Part shown: positions 59,446-64,000 of the stretch, piece by piece
Layout of the letters: every line of letters begins with the position of its first letter
Position numbering within the stretch: the first letter of the stretch is position 1
From: Emiliania huxleyi CCMP1516
Lineage: Eukaryota
Assembly: GCF_000372725.1 (NCBI RefSeq)
Contig: NW_005201613.1
Location: 30,290 to 94,289 of the forward strand
Reading direction: 5' to 3'
Length of the DNA: 64,000 nucleotides
Program-made: the position numbers and the translations under genes
Notes under the pieces: model-generated
What the model saw: the letters and a program-made list of their open reading frames with translations, nothing else
What the model was told of the DNA's origin: nothing
The model's database searches: none

Positions 59446-61002
59446 TCACAGCGCGGTGGCGTTAGTGGCGGAGGGGCCGGGCCGAGGCAGCGCGGGCATC
59501 GCCGCAAAGATGGCCGACGAGCACGCGATGGCAACCAGCGCCACCACCCCTCCCGCCGCGTCGAAGGCCAGCTTCGCCCCGCCGCTGGCACGCGCCTCTC
59601 CTCCCCGAGAGGTGTCCTCCTCGACGGCGGCGGCGGAAGGGGCGGCCGCGGCCGCCGCGGCATCCACAGCCGCAGCCTCGGGCGCCAGTGCGGCCTCCGC
59701 GTCGTCGGCCGCCCGCACGCACCCCGCGCCTTGCTCGGGCGCAGTGTCTGCAGGGCCGCCGGTCAGCAAGTGCGCCCTCAGCCGCGGCTTCTCGAGCGCG
59801 CGCTCGGGCGGCGGCGCGCGCCTGCCACGCACGTGCCATGGGCGTGGACGCGTCGCGGGCGTGTCGCGGGCGTGTCGTGGGCGTGTGATGCACGTGCCGT
59901 GGCCGCCACGCCGTTGACGTGTCATGGACGTGTCATGGGGAGAGCGGGCTGGTGGCGGCGGCGGCGGCGCGCCGCAGTGCGTGGACGAGGAGCTCGGCGA
60001 CGAGCACCGACGAGAGCCAGTAAGTCCACGCCTGTGCTGGGGGGCGGGGGAGTGAGTGGGAGGCGCGGGCGCACTGCACTGCCCGACCATCCTCCGTGAG
60101 CTCGTGCCGACGCGCTGACATTGGATGCGGCGAGTGCTCGAGCGGCGTGGGCCGTGGCGGCCTCCAACCCGAAGCCGGGAGAACACGCGCGAGAGGGGAG
60201 AGTGAGTGTGGCCTTCATGCGCAGCCTTCACCCCCCTGGGCCGCAGCTGTGAGAGGTGGGATCGAGCGCGCGGGGTTTGGTGCTTCCGCATCTAGGCTCC
60301 GCGCGTGCAGCATGTCGAAGGGCCGGAAGTAGTCGGCGCAGGTGTCGCCGTCGCACGTGCCGCCCGGGTACTCTCGCGCCTCGCGCGGCGGGCGGTACCT
60401 GCTCACAGCTCAAAGCGCCGTGAAGAGAGGCCGTCCGTGCAGGCACGTGCGGCAGCGATTGGCCGGCACCCAAACAGCGCAGTGGCGGCCACGTACCAGT
60501 ATCTGTAGAGCATCGGCGCCAGGACCTGCGAGTAGGAGCGGATCGCCCACGCGCGGTGCGCTGCGTACCGCTGCTGCCGCGCGCGGACCGCGGTCATGGC
60601 GGCGGCGACGCCGAACCAGCCTCCCGCGAGGAGGAAGGCGGCGCCCATGTTGTACCCACCGGAGAGCTTGAAGCCCTTGAGCAGGACGAAGAAACATCCG
60701 CACAGCGAGGCGCCACAGGCGGAGGCAACGTACAGCCGGCCCGACCAACGGTGGAGTCGCGGCACCCTCCGACGGAGGGCCGGCGAGAATTGACTCGGGC
60801 CCAGGAATAGCGCGACGGCGCCGAGGACCATGTGCGCGCCCATCGAGACGCGGCGAGCAGGCGTCGCGCCGAGGCCTGGAAGGACGCCATCGAAGTCGCC
60901 CAGGACGAGGTAGTTGAGGACGATGCTGGCGTAGGCCCACGGTATCACGAAAGGCGCCATCGCCAGCGCAGCGACGGCCCATGACCAGGAGAGGAGCCGC
61001 AT
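59446..61002 (-). CDS. DUF2306-like multi-pass membrane protein, multi-exon
   Basis: AHMVLGAVALFLGPSQF..LRRRVPRLHRWSGRLYV..AAHRAWAIRSY is the DUF2306 signature; downstream exons inferred. Confidence 0.8.
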
Positions 61003-62359
61003 GTAGCCGACTGCCTCCAGCCCGCCACGCGCCGAGTCAGTCTTCTCAGGACTATGGATTGCGCTCGAGGTACGAGGAGCGCAACAGCGCGCCGCAGGCG
61101 AAGCGATACACACAAGCAGAAGCAAGACACCCGAGGGCAGAGGGCAGGGCCAGCTCAGCCTCTCAGCTCCAGCCTCTCAGCTCACCACCTCGCCTTCTCT
61201 GTCGCTCTCCTGGCCCAGTCCCATCAGTATCAGGCCTGAGGTGTCCCAAACCGCACTTGTCTCGGGTCTTCAAGCTCACACCGGCTCGTAAGACCCTACA
61301 CACGGCCCTCGCACGCACATACGAGCTCACAGACACCGCCGGCACGCACTCCCACTTCACACACGCTCAAGCACAACCCCACCAAAGCACAGTCCTGCTC
61401 AGAGTGGGCAAGGACCGCCACTTGGTGACCCAGGCCGCCCCTGGCTCGCCACTGCACTCGGCTCCTCTGCAGCTGTCTCGGGCTCTCCCACGACAGCACG
61501 CCGACGGCAAGCTTTGACGCCCGTCGGATGGACCTGCTGCGGCCACGGCCGATGCACTCGTGCAGCTTGGTGCAGGCCTCAACTCAGATGCCGACCAGCC
61601 TGGTCGTGGCGGCCTACGAGCGGCGTTGTGTCCGGTCGACGCTTGAACGAGAGCGTCGAGCAGCGGGTCACCAGTGTGCCGCTCGAGAGCCTCCTGGGCC
61701 GGAATCCGGGCGCGGGACCACGGAACACGCCCAGGAGTCGACTCTCGCGGATAGCCGGCCACAGTCGGGCCGCCAGGAGCGAGCTGGCGGCGACGCTCAA
61801 AAAGGCCTCCATCGCGGGCGGAGGGCAAAAACATTACCGATCCGGTCTATTACCAGGTCAGGTTGCAACCCTTGTTCCGCACTGTGCTGTGAATCGAGCG
61901 GCAACCAACAGCTCTCAGGACCCCCCGGTGCTGGGGTGCTGCCAGCAACCAACCAACTCACCGGCGAGCGGAGCGAGCCGAAGAGCGGGCCAAATTGGCG
62001 CTGTGAACGCACCTCTACGTGGCGGGCCGCGCAGGCCCGGCAGCAGGGCACCCCCGCGCGGATGCCGACGAGGATCACGGTGCGCTACCCGAACGAAGGT
62101 GGACTGCTGACAGGGTTTGCGGTGACCGGTGTCAGTTAGATTTGGGGCCCAAACCAGCCTCAGACTCGGCTCAGAGCCCGGGAAACTAGAGGGTGCTCTG
62201 GGTACTAGGGAAACTAGCAGGAAACCCTTGGACAGGCCAAGTAGGCGCGGGCGCCGCGCTCCTCGCGACCAACCTCCTGCCGACGCCGCTCGCGGCTTTG
62301 CGCTCGGACGCCATCGTGCACGAGACGGAGACGGCCGACACGATCATGAGAGGAGTGCT

Positions 62360-62915
62360 GCTTGAGCACTTGAGCACTGGATAGGGTCGATTCCGCATGG
62401 TACGGGACCCCTCGATCGTCTCGCCCTCCCTCACTGTGGTGTGTTCATTGGGGGGGGGTCATAACAAACACGGTACAGGATCGAGGTGCACGCTGCAGAG
62501 AAGCAGTGTCGTCCCCCCTCTCCCCGACGGCGATGGCGGTGTGACCGATCGAGCTACAAGAGGAACTTGTTCAGCAGGATCCGGAGTGGTCAGATGCACT
62601 ACCTCACTGGGCATGAGACCACCGTACGACGCATCCATCACCGTCTCGGATTTGTGTGGATGGAGTCGAACCACTCCGGGATGGGTGGGGCAAGCCCATC
62701 GATTTGAGTTGTGCTTTCCTCGCCTGCAAGAGACAGTGGGGGGGTGCAGTCCTCGCTCTTGGCATGGTCGGGGGGTCTCAACCGTCAACCAGATGGTTGA
62801 GGGGGGGGCGACAACCGCCCGCGGCACCACCGAGGTAGGTAGGTAGGTAGTAAGGTGAAGAACAGCCAGGCTCGGACTGGACACCAACGCGGTATGGGTG
62901 GACGCTAGACAGATC
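62360..62915 (+). mobile_element. Composite of dispersed repeats (family Y block plus block shared with 29966-30045)
   Basis: Direct matches to 49565-49825 and 29966-30045; also a ~38-nt piece (62770-62808) matching 52517-52554 inverted. Confidence 0.75.
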
Positions 62916-62960
62916 CGAGGACCGAACCCTATCGAGGTCTCGCCAGAGTTGCGTTCGCCA

Positions 62961-63713
62961 ATGCCGTGGCCCTTCCGCCGACCTCCGCCTCCTCCTCCGC
63001 CCGCCGACCCGGCGGTGGAGATCGCCCCGGTGCTGGTGGCGATTCTCTGCTGCTGGTGCATCCCGCTGCTCCTCTACCTCGCCGCGGCGGCGCGCCGGGG
63101 CCTGGCGAGGGCGCTCGTGGTTGAGGCTCTAGGGAGCTTTGCCTTCAAGCTCTTCGTCCACGCCGCCATCGTGGGTTCGGCGTGGTGCGCGCTCGGAGGC
63201 GATGCGACCGCGGCCGTGGTGCAGGCCACCGTCTGGCTGCTCATCGTCCTCCTCGCCTTTCCGTCGGGGGCGTTTCTCAACTCGGCAATCACCCTCGCGG
63301 CATGCGCCGCCGGCAAGCTCGCGCAGTCCGACGCCGTGCTCTACATCGGCGCCCAGTTCGCTGGCTCTGCCGTCGCCGTCGAGGCTATTCGCGCGCTGGC
63401 TCCGCTGGACCTGCACGGCGCCATCGGCCCTCCGCCGCCCGCCGAAGGCAGCTACTCGTCTGCGATACTGCACGAAGCGCTGTTCGCTGGCGCCAACTGC
63501 CTCCTGGCGCTCAACAGCAGCGCCTTAGGCACGGGCACGCCGCTCAAGGTTGCCACAATCGTCATTCTCCTCATTCGGATCGGAGGCGCATGCATGGACC
63601 CATCCGCCGCCTTTGCGGGCGCCCTGTTTGCCGGGCGCTACACCGACCTCGTCGAGGTGTATTGCGTTGGCGCGGCTCTGGGCGCCATCGCCGCAGGAAC
63701 CTTGTCGAGGTGA
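62961..63713 (+). CDS. Divergent MIP/aquaporin-family channel, single exon
   Basis: SGAFLNSAITLA, YIGAQFAG, HEALF, GGACMDPSAAFA, VYCVGAALGA in the six-TM MIP layout. Confidence 0.85.
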   Translation: MPWPFRRPPPPPPPADPAVEIAPVLVAILCCWCIPLLLYLAAAARRGLARALVVEALGSFAFKLFVHAAIVGSAWCALGGDATAAVVQATVWLLIVLLAFPSGAFLNSAITLAACAAGKLAQSDAVLYIGAQFAGSAVAVEAIRALAPLDLHGAIGPPPPAEGSYSSAILHEALFAGANCLLALNSSALGTGTPLKVATIVILLIRIGGACMDPSAAFAGALFAGRYTDLVEVYCVGAALGAIAAGTLSR

Positions 63714-64000
63714 GGACCGTGGCTGCTCGACCAGGGCGGCCGGGCGCGCCTCTCGGCCGACGCGTCACCCACCTTTTCTCCATACTCTATTAATTCATAA
63801 TTGCCGCGCACGGCTGGAGGCCTGGACGTGGACCCGGTCGGGACGGCTGGCGCGTCGCCTTGTCCGTCTCGCGGAGCCGCGGTCTGTGCCTCGGTCTCGC
63901 GGATTAAGGGGTGTGTGTGTGGGCTGTCTCGCGTGCAGTCCGAGTCGCGAGTCTCTGCGAGTCTGCCGTGTGCCGAGCGGATATACGGCTCTCCGCGAAA

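Overview
Very GC-rich, intron-rich eukaryotic DNA with three N-gaps. The frequent GC-AG introns, (CATGTG)n/(TG)n microsatellites and gene content resemble the haptophyte Emiliania (Gephyrocapsa) huxleyi; this is an inference, not checked. Recognisable genes: PP4R3/SMEK, an intronless LCAT/PLA2G15-type acyltransferase, a spartin/senescence-domain protein, a 2OG-Fe(II) oxygenase-like protein head-to-head with sulfolipid synthase SQD2, a Pgl/YbhE-type lactonase, a multicopper oxidase, an ankyrin protein ending RAEL, a PP2C, a Lin0512-family protein, a DUF2306 membrane protein and an aquaporin with both NPA boxes altered. Between them lie copia and LINE-like fragments, hAT-like MITEs, dispersed repeats and a TIR element carrying TTAGGG tracts. 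The most striking signal is in SQD2. Many of its introns are built from a ~12-42 nt direct duplication of the insertion site plus a short (~35-60 nt) insert from a few recurring families, giving GC-AG units of mostly 65-70 nt that are sometimes amplified head-to-tail (11x, 6x, 3x). This looks like an active intron-generating micro-element system with long target-site duplications. A second highlight is a 1130-bp TIR element inserted, inverted, into an identical copy of itself, producing a long hairpin. All exon/intron calls were made by eye from reading frame, splice dinucleotides and protein motifs.
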